Shown here in pieces: positions 18,877-29,060 of a DNA stretch of 64,000 bases. Position numbers and translations under genes: made by a program. The notes beneath the pieces were generated by a model. The model was given only the letters and a program-made list of their open reading frames with translations. It searched no databases and was not told the origin of the DNA. Source of the stretch: an uncultured Thermoplasmatales archaeon (GTDB taxonomy: Archaea; Thermoplasmatota; E2; UBA202; DSCA01); assembly GCA_964514975.1 (NCBI GenBank), contig CAZESS010000007.1, forward strand, positions 1 through 64,000, read 5' to 3'. How positions within the stretch are numbered: the stretch's first letter is position 1; each line of letters opens with the position of its first letter.

Positions 18877-21800
18877 GTTTAAATTTCTCGGTTGGTATCT
18901 CGAAGAAATCAATCGCCATCTCTTTTAGTCTAGCATATCCTTCGTCATCTGTTAAGCCATTACTTTTTAGTTCTTTGATAAAGTTGATTTGTTCATCTTG
19001 TGGAATGCCCTCAAACTGAGGAAAGACATACATAGAAATAGCTGAGACATAGCCACCCCCTTGTTGGATATGGTTGAGCATATCACGTGCGATGGCCGGC
19101 CCTATCTTTCTATATTTGTTAATAGTAGTCCATAGTTTTACTATATCGTTTTTCACTGATTCTGGTAGGTCAGTTATGCCCCATTTAGCTGTAAGATGTG
19201 GTAACGCTTCTTCAATATTTTTGGGAACGCCGACGTTGATGAAGGCAAATCGTCGCATGAATGCATAGGACATTTCATACAGTGACGCCTTATCAAAGGT
19301 GTTCATTGTCGCAATGATTCGCCAGTCTGGATGAATGAAAAACCGATAGGGGTGGATCTTATCATCTTCTTTGGGATTCCCTAAGACCTTTATTCGATTG
19401 CCGTCTAATTCCTGTGCTAGGCGGACATTATCGCCCGTGAGAGCTGAAAAGAGAGCTCCGAAAGCTTTGTCTATATCAGCACGGTTTATTTCATCGAGAA
19501 TAAGCCATTTGTTTGCGGGTTTGCCTTTTTCGGTTTGGAAACATTCAAGGAAGACACCTGGCTTAAATTCAAGTTGTTGATTTTCACAGGGCATATATCC
19601 TCCGATGGTATCAAATGTTGACCAGTCGGAGGAGGCAGTGACCATGCGGTAATGGTTATCTCCGCAAAATACCTTACATATTTCCTTTGCAAGTTTTGAT
19701 TTACCGGTGCCAGGTGGGCCGTTAAGAATAATATGTTTACCGTTTTTGAGGGCTGTAAGAATCTGGGAGAATAGATTATCAGCTTCTTCAAAATAAAGGT
19801 TGCTTTGTTCGATTAGCTGGTGCTCATTGCGGTTAAAATTAACTTTAAGTACAGTAGAGTAGCTATGATATTCGGGAACATCTGGTGGTGTTTCTAAAGA
19901 TAGAATTGTTTCGTATTCTTTGGGTGAAAGCTCAAAAAGACTCCCCTGTGCCCTGTTGGCAATAGGTGCTGCATCCTGTAAATCTGCTACCTCAGTAAGC
20001 TGCTGCCAAGATATGCCTGCGACTTTGTTGTCATAGCCAATTGTTATGCCTTCAACTTCTCTATCTGGAGCAGGCTTGCCAGGTTCGATATGTAGTCCCT
20101 CCTTTATTGCACCAGTTGCTACGATTTCTTTTACAGGACTTGCTTCATAGAAGATCACCTTGTCTCCCTTACGTGCTTTTTGAAAAGCCTCGTAGATGCG
20201 ACGTCTGTTACCCTTTTCATTTACAGCAGAGTAAAAAATGGCACCTCCGTCTTTTATACTATCTACAGACCATATTGCGGGATTAGCAGTAATCCAGAAA
20301 TAGTTCGGCTGCAAATCCTCATCTTCCGGGATATAGGGCGCTAAATCTTCAACGCCTTCCTCTAATAGTTTAGAGCGTTTGCTTTCATCTAAAATTGATT
20401 TTACAATTTCTGGCTGATTGTATTTTCGATAGGGGCTGGCATCCCAATCAGCGAACCTCTCGGCGATGATGGTAAGAGTCTGCTTGAAAGTATTCAATAG
20501 ATCCTTATTGAGAGGCAGCACATCGAAAGGGAGTTCCGTCAAGCGGACGTTAGAATCAGCAAAATAATCCCACTGCTTTAAAATTAGATCGGGGTCAATA
20601 TCTCCTTGTAAAGCCATGCCGATGCGATAATCATTTTTGCCCTTATAGGAGAAATGGATGACTGCCCAGTTGCCGTAGTTTAACCGAAGGGTATTTCCGC
20701 TACGGGTTATGGTGACAGAGGAACATTCATCTTGTGTGGTAATGCCGATAACATCGAAGGCTTTCTCTAACAAATTAAAGGCAAGGTCTGCATCATGTTT
20801 ATTGCGGAAAATGGCATCAAAAGGTTCAGCTAACTTTTTTTGTGTAATGCTCTCAAATTTTTGTTTATCTAGTTCTAAGAGCGTGCGCCGCCAGCCGGGT
20901 TCATCGACCTGTTTGGGCGTTGTGTCAGTCCATTCAACGGGATATCTATGGCCATGTTTTTCGTTAGGTTCGAAATAATAGTGCTCGGTTATTTTACCAA
21001 GGCCAAGAACTTCAGTTATCCCTCGATTTGCAACAATATAATCGCCAATTTTTATTTCATTCACAAATTTCCAGAGTTGTTCCATACCCTCAGTAGTATA
21101 ATCCTCATTCTCGGCCACTAATTTATCTCGCCTGTTTTCAAATTCTTCTCGATTCATTTGGGATATATCACCAGTTTTATCCCATCCAATAGCAATAAAT
21201 TCTCCCTCGCGACAGGTATCCCAGTTCCATGCATTTTTTCCAGGAGATATTTTCCAATAGCGAGTTGTATCAACATTATTTATTTCTTTGAATGTCGGGT
21301 ATACGGATTGCAATTTTTGTAGTACCTGGTTTAATGAAAATGATTCTGCATTAGGCACAGTTTCGAAGTCATGATCTAAAACCTTACTCCTAATATTCTC
21401 ACCAATTGCTAAGCCATACATTATTTTATCATGATATACACCGAGAAACAGTTGCGCCGCATCCTGATGGCTATCATATCCTGCGGGATATAATGCTATC
21501 CAGCAAGAACTGATTCCAAAATTGCGGTTCCAGGAAAAATCGTTAATGGTATTTTTTTCATCAAACCGTGTATCCCCAAATGGTTTGTATTGTCGTAGAT
21601 ATGCATGTAGCGTGGTGAGCAGGTAGGATATTTTCGGTTTGAAATAAATGAAGTATATCTGAAACAAAATACGAAATTCATTCCAACTTTTTAGAAAAGC
21701 CTCACCATAGGTTGTACTCTTTTGCCCCATGACTTTATGAACATACTCAATACTGATGGGTTCATCCGCCAATATTTTCTTGATAATCTTATGTTTAATA

Positions 21801-22600
21801 TCATTAATCTTTTCACTATCACGATACTTTTTTTCCATATCAGCTAAATGGTCTCTGTCCATTTGAGAAATGGCATCCACAAATTCGCTCGGATTCTCCT
21901 CGAAGTTCTTGAGGCGCTGTGCAAAATCAAAAAGACATTTTACATATATTTTGTATTTTAGTTCATCATATCCGCTTATACAGTATAGAAAATCCTGCGC
22001 GTCCATAACGTCTGGGTTATTAACGACTCCATAATCATCTAAAAATTCTGAAATTTCGTTGCATACCAAAATATATGCCACGTATTTTTCCCCGATGTCT
22101 GATCTTGAATAATTAAATTCTAAATCGCTAAGAGCTTGAAAATGTGTAAAAAGTTCTTTCCTATACAGCGGATATTTGCGGGGATTGAATGCCGCTAAAA
22201 TAAAGGCAAAGAAGGCTGTTCCGAAATTTCCATAGGTGATTTCTTTTAGTGTATCCCGAGCTTTCTCGATTCTTTCTTGTAGGGGAATAGATCCGTTTTG
22301 TAAAAGATTAAATTGTTCTGCAACAAGTGCAGGGTTCTCTTGTGCGGCACGTTTTAGATTATTTATTTCTGACCAATAAACAAAAGAACCACTGCTAGGA
22401 TTATATTCCTCAAGTAAAGATATCTTTTTCAATATGGAATCCTTGGTAAAATTACCATCAATAAATTTTGTATGCAACCCTGGCAGTATATCCCATTTAT
22501 ACTGTTCATCCCATACTGCGGTACCTCGAAATTTTTTATATTCATTCGCAGCAATATCAAAAAAATGATCAGATTTTATTTCTTCAGCTATGTCTCCCAT
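18869..22600 (-). CDS. mcrB: McrB-like AAA+ GTPase with long N-terminal region containing EVE/PUA-like domains
   Basis: GPPGTGKS, ILDEINRAD, TMNTFD (NxxD) and AFMRRF. YWKISPG...IAIGW and YFWITAN...GDKVIFY segments. Start placed at ATG 22600. Confidence 0.9.
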   Translation of the reverse strand: MGDIAEEIKSDHFFDIAANEYKKFRGTAVWDEQYKWDILPGLHTKFIDGNFTKDSILKKISLLEEYNPSSGSFVYWSEINNLKRAAQENPALVAEQFNLLQNGSIPLQERIEKARDTLKEITYGNFGTAFFAFILAAFNPRKYPLYRKELFTHFQALSDLEFNYSRSDIGEKYVAYILVCNEISEFLDDYGVVNNPDVMDAQDFLYCISGYDELKYKIYVKCLFDFAQRLKNFEENPSEFVDAISQMDRDHLADMEKKYRDSEKINDIKHKIIKKILADEPISIEYVHKVMGQKSTTYGEAFLKSWNEFRILFQIYFIYFKPKISYLLTTLHAYLRQYKPFGDTRFDEKNTINDFSWNRNFGISSCWIALYPAGYDSHQDAAQLFLGVYHDKIMYGLAIGENIRSKVLDHDFETVPNAESFSLNQVLQKLQSVYPTFKEINNVDTTRYWKISPGKNAWNWDTCREGEFIAIGWDKTGDISQMNREEFENRRDKLVAENEDYTTEGMEQLWKFVNEIKIGDYIVANRGITEVLGLGKITEHYYFEPNEKHGHRYPVEWTDTTPKQVDEPGWRRTLLELDKQKFESITQKKLAEPFDAIFRNKHDADLAFNLLEKAFDVIGITTQDECSSVTITRSGNTLRLNYGNWAVIHFSYKGKNDYRIGMALQGDIDPDLILKQWDYFADSNVRLTELPFDVLPLNKDLLNTFKQTLTIIAERFADWDASPYRKYNQPEIVKSILDESKRSKLLEEGVEDLAPYIPEDEDLQPNYFWITANPAIWSVDSIKDGGAIFYSAVNEKGNRRRIYEAFQKARKGDKVIFYEASPVKEIVATGAIKEGLHIEPGKPAPDREVEGITIGYDNKVAGISWQQLTEVADLQDAAPIANRAQGSLFELSPKEYETILSLETPPDVPEYHSYSTVLKVNFNRNEHQLIEQSNLYFEEADNLFSQILTALKNGKHIILNGPPGTGKSKLAKEICKVFCGDNHYRMVTASSDWSTFDTIGGYMPCENQQLEFKPGVFLECFQTEKGKPANKWLILDEINRADIDKAFGALFSALTGDNVRLAQELDGNRIKVLGNPKEDDKIHPYRFFIHPDWRIIATMNTFDKASLYEMSYAFMRRFAFINVGVPKNIEEALPHLTAKWGITDLPESVKNDIVKLWTTINKYRKIGPAIARDMLNHIQQGGGYVSAISMYVFPQFEGIPQDEQINFIKELKSNGLTDDEGYARLKEMAIDFFEIPTEKFKHD

Positions 22601-22712
22601 GTCTGGATAAGTTACTAAAGATTTATTAATTTTTAGATAGCGGATTTGGAATACAACAAAATTTTTTAAAAGATTAAACCATTGTCCCATTACGAAATGG
22701 AGGAAACCATAC

Positions 22713-25700
22713 ATGGCTAAGAACTCCCAGTTGTCATCGATATATGAAGGCTGCAAGCCACGCAGTGAAATATTGGAAGGTGCTCTAAGATTAGAAGCAT
22801 TTGCGGCTAATCTGTCTATGGTGGCCCAGGATGAGGGCCCTAATATTTACAAAGACCCTGAGACTTTTTTTGCGAATACTTATCCCACTGAGGGGTTGAA
22901 AACCACGATAAGAGAGGTTTTTGGCCGACTCACTGGAAGCCGTGAGGGAAGCCCTGTCATAAAGTTGGAGACAGGTTTGGGTGGCGGTAAAACGCATACC
23001 CTGATAGCATTATATCATATTGCCAGGCATGGGTCGACGATTAAAAATATTGGTGAGCTTCTTGATGAATTGCAAGTGGAGCCGATGTCGGTTGCTGCTT
23101 TGGTGGGTACAGAATTGGCAGTTGGTGGTTCCATGCCACCTAAGACCTTGTGGGGTGAAATGGCTCAGCAACTCCGAGGTGATGAGGGCTACGCCATTTT
23201 AAAGGCATCTGATGAGAGCATGACGAGTCCTGGAGAGCGAGTGCTACGGGAGCTATTCGGTGACGAGAATTGTTTGATTTTGCTGGATGAGTTAGCACAG
23301 TATTTGACGAAAGCCTCGGCAACTCCTATTCCAGAGTCGGGCTCCAATCTGGGGAAGCAGACTGCTGCTTTTTTGCAGGAGTTGACACAGGTTGCTGCCT
23401 CTATGGACAACGTTGAATTAGTGCTAACAGCGCTCGATGAAAAATCAGTCTATGAGGACGAAACGAAGAACATTCGGGATGTGTTGGAAGCTGCGCTGGA
23501 AGAGGAAGAGATTCGGAAAAACGTTCAGGATACGAAAGAAATATTGACGCGGATTGTTCGGACGTTAGAGCCGACGAAGGGGGAAGAATTTGCACATATC
23601 ATTCGTCATCGGCTGTTCGAAGATATTGATGCCTCGGTCCGTGAGAAGGTTGTTGAAGCATATCTGGATGGCTATCGGAGTGATGGGGTAAAGGAATTCT
23701 TGCCGAGTGAGACCCAGGACCCTGAGTACCGTGAGGTGATGATTAAGTCATATCCATTCCACCCAGAGGTAATCGATATTCTTCGAACTAAGACAAGCAG
23801 CATTGAGAACTTCAATAAGACTCGTGGTGTACTGCGGCTGTTGAGTGTCCTGTTGAAAAACACATGGGATAACCGAGATGAATATGCTCCCTCTCTTATC
23901 CATCCGTATCATTTTGATTTTTATGATGATACGATTCGGGCAGAGCTGATACATCGGCTGGATATGGTGGAGCTCATGCCAGCTATTGGGGAGGATTTGG
24001 CCAACGAGGATAAGGAGACACGGGCGGAGGTGGTGGATAAGATGTTCAAGGAACCCTATGGGTCTCGGGTAACGACAACTGTATTATTGCATAGTCTAAC
24101 CCAGAAACTCAAAGCGGATATCCACAAGGGAGCTAACAGTGCTGAGGTTCATCTTGCGATGTGGAAGCCGGGATTGGACCCTGAGACAGTGAACGCGGTG
24201 CTGGAGCATCTGGATGAGACATGGTTTTATTTTGGTCCTGAGGGGCAGTATTATGTCGCGGGTCTGAATCCTCGTCTAACGAAGATTATCGATGATACTA
24301 AGGAACAGATTGGGCAGACGAGTGTGAATCAGGAAGTGGAAGACTGGATTCGGAAGGTGTTTCATGCTAAGAAATTTTTCAAGCCTGTGTTCTTCCCGAG
24401 TTCTCCTTCGGATGTCAATGATGATACCAAACAGCAGACAAAGCTTGCGGTGATGCATTATACGGATTGTCGACTGGAGCACGGATCACAGCGTATTCCA
24501 GATTTGGTGAGAAAGATTTTTGAGGAGACAGGATCGCAAGGGAAGCCACGGTCGTTTATCAACAACTTGGTTTTTTTGGTGCCCGATACAGACAGGGTGA
24601 AGCAGATGCAGGCTCAGGCGCGGCAGTATCTCGCGCTCCGACAGCTTATTCAGGAATACGAGGGTGGAGCGTCTTATCTCTCTGCCCTCACAAAGGGTCA
24701 GAGACAGGATTTGCGGCAGAAACGCGATGAGACGGAGCTCTATCTTAAGGTTGCCGTTATCATTGCCTATAAGCATGTTATTGTCCCGACGCCGCAGGCG
24801 TCGCTCTCTCAGGCGTCTAGCCAGCGTCCGTTGCGAGTTATAAGCATGCGTGACACTGAACGAGATATTGAAAACCGGCTCCAGGAAGGAGAAACGGCGG
24901 AAGAATCACTTGCATCGTTCCTTCGAGATAGAGAGGTGGCGCGGACGATGGACGACAAGCCGCTTTCACCAGAGCGGATACTGGACGGACTTTGGAGAAA
25001 GACGGCGGAGCAGCTTGATGGAGACGAGTTCAAGAAGCTGTTCTACAAGAATCCATTGGCAGGTATTCATTTCAGCGATGAGCTTATCCGAAAGTCTATG
25101 AAGAAGGGGATACAGGAGGGCAAATGGTACGCCGTAGCAGCTGACAATTTCTATGACGAAGAGAACTGGCAGAGTTTCAATCCTACCTTTACCACCGACA
25201 CAATTATTATCCTCGCTGATTCCGAGGCAGGCAAAGAAAAACATGACCAATATTATTGCTCCACATGTGGGAAACGAAAAACAGAATGCATCTGCGACAA
25301 ACAACCAAAAGCACCCGAGGAAACTTGTCCAAAGTGCGGCAGGAAAAAATCCGAGTGTATATGCGGTCCTAAACCTATTTCCACGTTTGAGAAAAAGGGC
25401 TTGACCATGGAGCGCATTGGAAGCAATCTACAAGCCTGGATAGATGATGAAGACATCCAAAAAATTAGAGTGGCACGGTTTGGAGCATTAAGCAGGACGG
25501 CGCTGAGCGCACTTGCAAAGGCATTGAAACAGTTCAGGACCGACTATGAAGTCATATTTGATATAAAAGGAGAGATGACTCGGCCGGAAGAGGAGATGGA
25601 GTTCGAACTGAGATATCGCGGCGGGGAGGAAGGATTCAGGAAGCTGAAGTCGGCAATCTTTGACTTCAAACCCCAGGATGAGTTTGACTTCAGCGAGCTG

Positions 25701-25829
25701 TGGATCCACATCATATTCCTTGAGGGATATGCCGCTGAAAAATTCGTGCAGGACATCAACGAACGGGTTGCAGAGTTTACCACGGGTAGCTCATATGACA
25801 TCGAGGTTGAGCCCGTGGAGGAAGGATAA
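22713..25829 (+). CDS. DUF499-family ATPase (BrxC/PglY-related)
   Basis: FFANTYPT, TGLGGGKTH, LILLDEL, SYPFHP and TRGVLRLL motifs. Confidence 0.9.
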   Translation: MAKNSQLSSIYEGCKPRSEILEGALRLEAFAANLSMVAQDEGPNIYKDPETFFANTYPTEGLKTTIREVFGRLTGSREGSPVIKLETGLGGGKTHTLIALYHIARHGSTIKNIGELLDELQVEPMSVAALVGTELAVGGSMPPKTLWGEMAQQLRGDEGYAILKASDESMTSPGERVLRELFGDENCLILLDELAQYLTKASATPIPESGSNLGKQTAAFLQELTQVAASMDNVELVLTALDEKSVYEDETKNIRDVLEAALEEEEIRKNVQDTKEILTRIVRTLEPTKGEEFAHIIRHRLFEDIDASVREKVVEAYLDGYRSDGVKEFLPSETQDPEYREVMIKSYPFHPEVIDILRTKTSSIENFNKTRGVLRLLSVLLKNTWDNRDEYAPSLIHPYHFDFYDDTIRAELIHRLDMVELMPAIGEDLANEDKETRAEVVDKMFKEPYGSRVTTTVLLHSLTQKLKADIHKGANSAEVHLAMWKPGLDPETVNAVLEHLDETWFYFGPEGQYYVAGLNPRLTKIIDDTKEQIGQTSVNQEVEDWIRKVFHAKKFFKPVFFPSSPSDVNDDTKQQTKLAVMHYTDCRLEHGSQRIPDLVRKIFEETGSQGKPRSFINNLVFLVPDTDRVKQMQAQARQYLALRQLIQEYEGGASYLSALTKGQRQDLRQKRDETELYLKVAVIIAYKHVIVPTPQASLSQASSQRPLRVISMRDTERDIENRLQEGETAEESLASFLRDREVARTMDDKPLSPERILDGLWRKTAEQLDGDEFKKLFYKNPLAGIHFSDELIRKSMKKGIQEGKWYAVAADNFYDEENWQSFNPTFTTDTIIILADSEAGKEKHDQYYCSTCGKRKTECICDKQPKAPEETCPKCGRKKSECICGPKPISTFEKKGLTMERIGSNLQAWIDDEDIQKIRVARFGALSRTALSALAKALKQFRTDYEVIFDIKGEMTRPEEEMEFELRYRGGEEGFRKLKSAIFDFKPQDEFDFSELWIHIIFLEGYAAEKFVQDINERVAEFTTGSSYDIEVEPVEEG

Positions 25830-25831
25830 AT

Positions 25832-26284
25832 ATGGCACGGAAGCGTCTTGGTTACAGGTTGGCGGTAAAACCTCTCTCTGATGACGACTTTAAATGTCTG
25901 TTACGAGCGGAGCCAGTAGTTGACTCTGATGCTCCTTCTGGAAGAAAAAGCCGACTGGTGTCCTCGTTGAACGGGTGGCGGCTCGACGTGGCCATGGGCT
26001 TCATAAAACGGATGCTGAAGGAGGAAAGATACAAGCCATCACGTCTGAATCGTAGCAGGAAAACACCATTCCAGCTTGACGAGCAACATGGAGCAAAACT
26101 CGACTTGGTATTCCGAGCCATCAAGGACATCCAGAAACGAACAAAAATGGAAGAAATCATCTATGGCATCGAGGGAATGAGTGGTGAGGAGGCGCTCTAT
26201 TGGCATTCAAAGCTTGAGCAGGACTTCAAACGGCCAGAGAAAAGAGCATTGAAAGCACTACGAATCATGCTTGGAGGAGAATAA
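25832..26284 (+). CDS. Small accessory protein of the DUF499 system (DUF3780-like position)
   Basis: Lies between the ATPase and the methylase; MSGEEALYW...RALKALRIML C-terminus. Confidence 0.7.
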   Translation: MARKRLGYRLAVKPLSDDDFKCLLRAEPVVDSDAPSGRKSRLVSSLNGWRLDVAMGFIKRMLKEERYKPSRLNRSRKTPFQLDEQHGAKLDLVFRAIKDIQKRTKMEEIIYGIEGMSGEEALYWHSKLEQDFKRPEKRALKALRIMLGGE

Positions 26285-26285
26285 A

Positions 26286-29057
26286 ATGGAAGAAATACAA
26301 AGAGATGAATATGGACGACCACGCGTATTTTTAGAAGGAGACAACGTGCCAGTGCAGGAGCTTGGAGTGGAATGTCAACGGGAGGGGGGAGCAGGGTTAC
26401 ATCCTCCTGTAAATCGGCTACATGTTTGGTGGGCGCGTCGGCCTTTAACCGTGAGTCGAGCGGCAATTTTAGGTTCCCTTCTCCCTGAAAGGTATGACAG
26501 TAACGACTTTTTGGAATTAATGGGTATACCGCCAAGCAAGGATCCAGTGAAAGCAAAAAAAATAATTGAAGAAGTAAAGGCTGGGCTTCGAAAACGTGTG
26601 AGTGACCCGTATGGATATGATAGGGCTTTTAAAAACGAGTTAACTGCATCAAAGATTTCAGAGCTCCACGATGTTTTGGCGAAAACGTGGAATGAAAACG
26701 ACATTGTATTGCTAGATTCCTTTGCTGGCGGCGGTTCCATACCATTCGAAGCAAAAAGGCTAGGGCTTAATGTGGTCATGAATGAATTGAACCCGGTCGC
26801 TTCTGTCATTGAACGGGCAACAATTGAGTATCCCTCTTTATTCGGAAAGGAACTGCTGGACGATATTGAAAAATGGGGAAAAAAGATAGAAGAATCAATA
26901 GAAAACCAACTCTCTGAATATTTCCCTCGAAATCAAGGAGAAAAAAATTTGTGTTACATCTGGGTTCGTACAGTAACATGCCCCCACTGCGAACTTAAGG
27001 TGCCACTGTCCCCAAATTTCTGGTTGGACAAAGAAAATAATATTGGCTATAAACTGGTGCTTCCTGAAAATGGAAACGAATGCCGTTTTAAGATAGCAAA
27101 AAAATCAGATGATTTCGACCCGGGTAAAGGCACGGAATCTCGTGGGAAAGGACGATGTCCCCGTTGTGGAGAAGTTATAGAAGGTAAAGAAATAAAGCGA
27201 CAGGCTAAAAATGGAGATATGGACCATCAAATGGCGTGTGTTGGTTTCAAGATGGAAGGAAGGAGTGGGAGACATTTCCGTGAAGTTACAGAGATGGACC
27301 TTGAAGGATATAAAAAAGCAGAGCAATTAATTGAAAAAAAATTGCCAAAATTAAAAGCAAAAGGATTGATACCCGAAGAAGATTATCCTCAAGTTACTAA
27401 CGATTCAAGACCGCATAACTATGGCATGCAACAGTGGTATAAATTTTTCAATTCTCGTCAGCTTTTAGTCCATACTACTACCATGGAAGCAATATTAGGC
27501 AAACTAGGTGATGAAATAAGGGACGGAAAAAAACGTGAGGCTTTACGAGTATATATGCAATTAGCGTTTGATAAATGTATAGACTATAATTCAATACAAA
27601 CCAGGATGCATTCAACCAGAACTGTAATGGTTAATACTTTCGATAGACATGATTTTTCATTTAAATGGTCGTATGGAGAAATAGATGGGGCTGGACAATT
27701 ATTTAGATGGGCAATTAGTCAAATACTCGATGCGTATGAAAATTTAGTTGAGTTAATAGGAGATGCAGAAAACAATACAAAGTATTATGCCAGAGACGCA
27801 GCCAACTTAATTGACATTATTGACAAGTCTATTGATGCCGTTGTTATTGATCCACCTTATTATGACAATGTGATGTATGCAGAATGCTCTGACTTCTTTT
27901 ATGTCTGGATGAAACGCGGCCTCAGCGATATATTCCCAGAACTATTTTCTCCAGAGCTAACCAATAAAGAGGATGAAGCCGTTGCAAACAGGGCGAGGTT
28001 CAAAGATGCTGCTAGAGGAAAGAAAAAACAGCTTGCCGAACAGGATTATGAAGCCAAGATGGCTGCCGCCTTTCGGGAGATGCATCGAGTACTCCGTGAT
28101 GACGGCGTCATGACGGTGATGTTTACTCATAAAAAGACAAAAGCGTGGAATGCACTTGCTAGGGGACTCATGGACTCAGGATTCGAAATCACATCGGCAT
28201 GGCCTATACATACGGAGAGTCAGCATTCACTGCATCAAGCCAAGAAAAACGCAGCTGCATCCACCATTCTGTTGACCTGTCGGAAACGACCTGAAGACAA
28301 TGGTACTGGCTGGTGGGAGGAGCTCCGACCACAGCTTGAAGAACGGGTCAAAGAACAAGCAGAAATATTTGAACAACAGGGAATCAGCCGCCTCGACCTC
28401 TCAATCGCCTGTTTCGGCACCGCTCTTGAAACTATTTCAGAAAAATGGCCAGTGAAACGAGGCGACGGTACCATCATTTCGCCTGAAGAAGCGCTTGATG
28501 CAGCCCGAGAGGTGGTATCCCAATGGTTCATGGACAAAATTACAAGCGGGGAACGAAAAGCAGTTGACCCTGCAACGCAGTTCTACATACTTGCCTGGTA
28601 CATCTTCCAGGCGCGGAAATTCCCGTATGATGAGGCACGGAAGCTCTCACTTTCTGTCGGCGTCAGTCTCGACGACCTAAAACGACGGAAGCTCTGGCGG
28701 AAGAAAGGCAAATATATCATGCTTCGAAAGCCATCCGACAGAACAGTCCAGGGTGGACTGAAAGCTGGAAAGAAAACCAACAAGTGGCATATCGACTACG
28801 TCCACGCCGCGATGCTCGAATACGAAGAAGAAGGCGCCCAGGGACTCAAACGATTCCATCAGAACAGCGACGCCATGGAGCAGCCTGGCTATCGACATGC
28901 CATCTCCTACCTGCTCGACGTACTCCCACGGACAGAAGAAGTCACCGAGTATCACACACTGGAAAGCATGTGGGAGTCAACGTATCACGACGTGGTGGAC
29001 AGAAAACGACCTGCAAAAACGGTTGAAGGGCGGCAAACGCGCCTCGATGGAGTATAG
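26286..29057 (+). CDS. DUF1156-family adenine DNA methyltransferase
   Basis: LHVWWARRPL, DSFAGGGSIP, DPPYYDNV, CxxC pairs; GGAGG upstream of the ATG. Confidence 0.92.
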   Translation: MEEIQRDEYGRPRVFLEGDNVPVQELGVECQREGGAGLHPPVNRLHVWWARRPLTVSRAAILGSLLPERYDSNDFLELMGIPPSKDPVKAKKIIEEVKAGLRKRVSDPYGYDRAFKNELTASKISELHDVLAKTWNENDIVLLDSFAGGGSIPFEAKRLGLNVVMNELNPVASVIERATIEYPSLFGKELLDDIEKWGKKIEESIENQLSEYFPRNQGEKNLCYIWVRTVTCPHCELKVPLSPNFWLDKENNIGYKLVLPENGNECRFKIAKKSDDFDPGKGTESRGKGRCPRCGEVIEGKEIKRQAKNGDMDHQMACVGFKMEGRSGRHFREVTEMDLEGYKKAEQLIEKKLPKLKAKGLIPEEDYPQVTNDSRPHNYGMQQWYKFFNSRQLLVHTTTMEAILGKLGDEIRDGKKREALRVYMQLAFDKCIDYNSIQTRMHSTRTVMVNTFDRHDFSFKWSYGEIDGAGQLFRWAISQILDAYENLVELIGDAENNTKYYARDAANLIDIIDKSIDAVVIDPPYYDNVMYAECSDFFYVWMKRGLSDIFPELFSPELTNKEDEAVANRARFKDAARGKKKQLAEQDYEAKMAAAFREMHRVLRDDGVMTVMFTHKKTKAWNALARGLMDSGFEITSAWPIHTESQHSLHQAKKNAAASTILLTCRKRPEDNGTGWWEELRPQLEERVKEQAEIFEQQGISRLDLSIACFGTALETISEKWPVKRGDGTIISPEEALDAAREVVSQWFMDKITSGERKAVDPATQFYILAWYIFQARKFPYDEARKLSLSVGVSLDDLKRRKLWRKKGKYIMLRKPSDRTVQGGLKAGKKTNKWHIDYVHAAMLEYEEEGAQGLKRFHQNSDAMEQPGYRHAISYLLDVLPRTEEVTEYHTLESMWESTYHDVVDRKRPAKTVEGRQTRLDGV

Positions 29058-29060
29058 AGT

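Noticed and set aside
22601-22756. N-terminal extension of McrB in the ORF track
   Set aside because: Overlaps the divergent gene and its promoter; ATG 22600 is more plausible.
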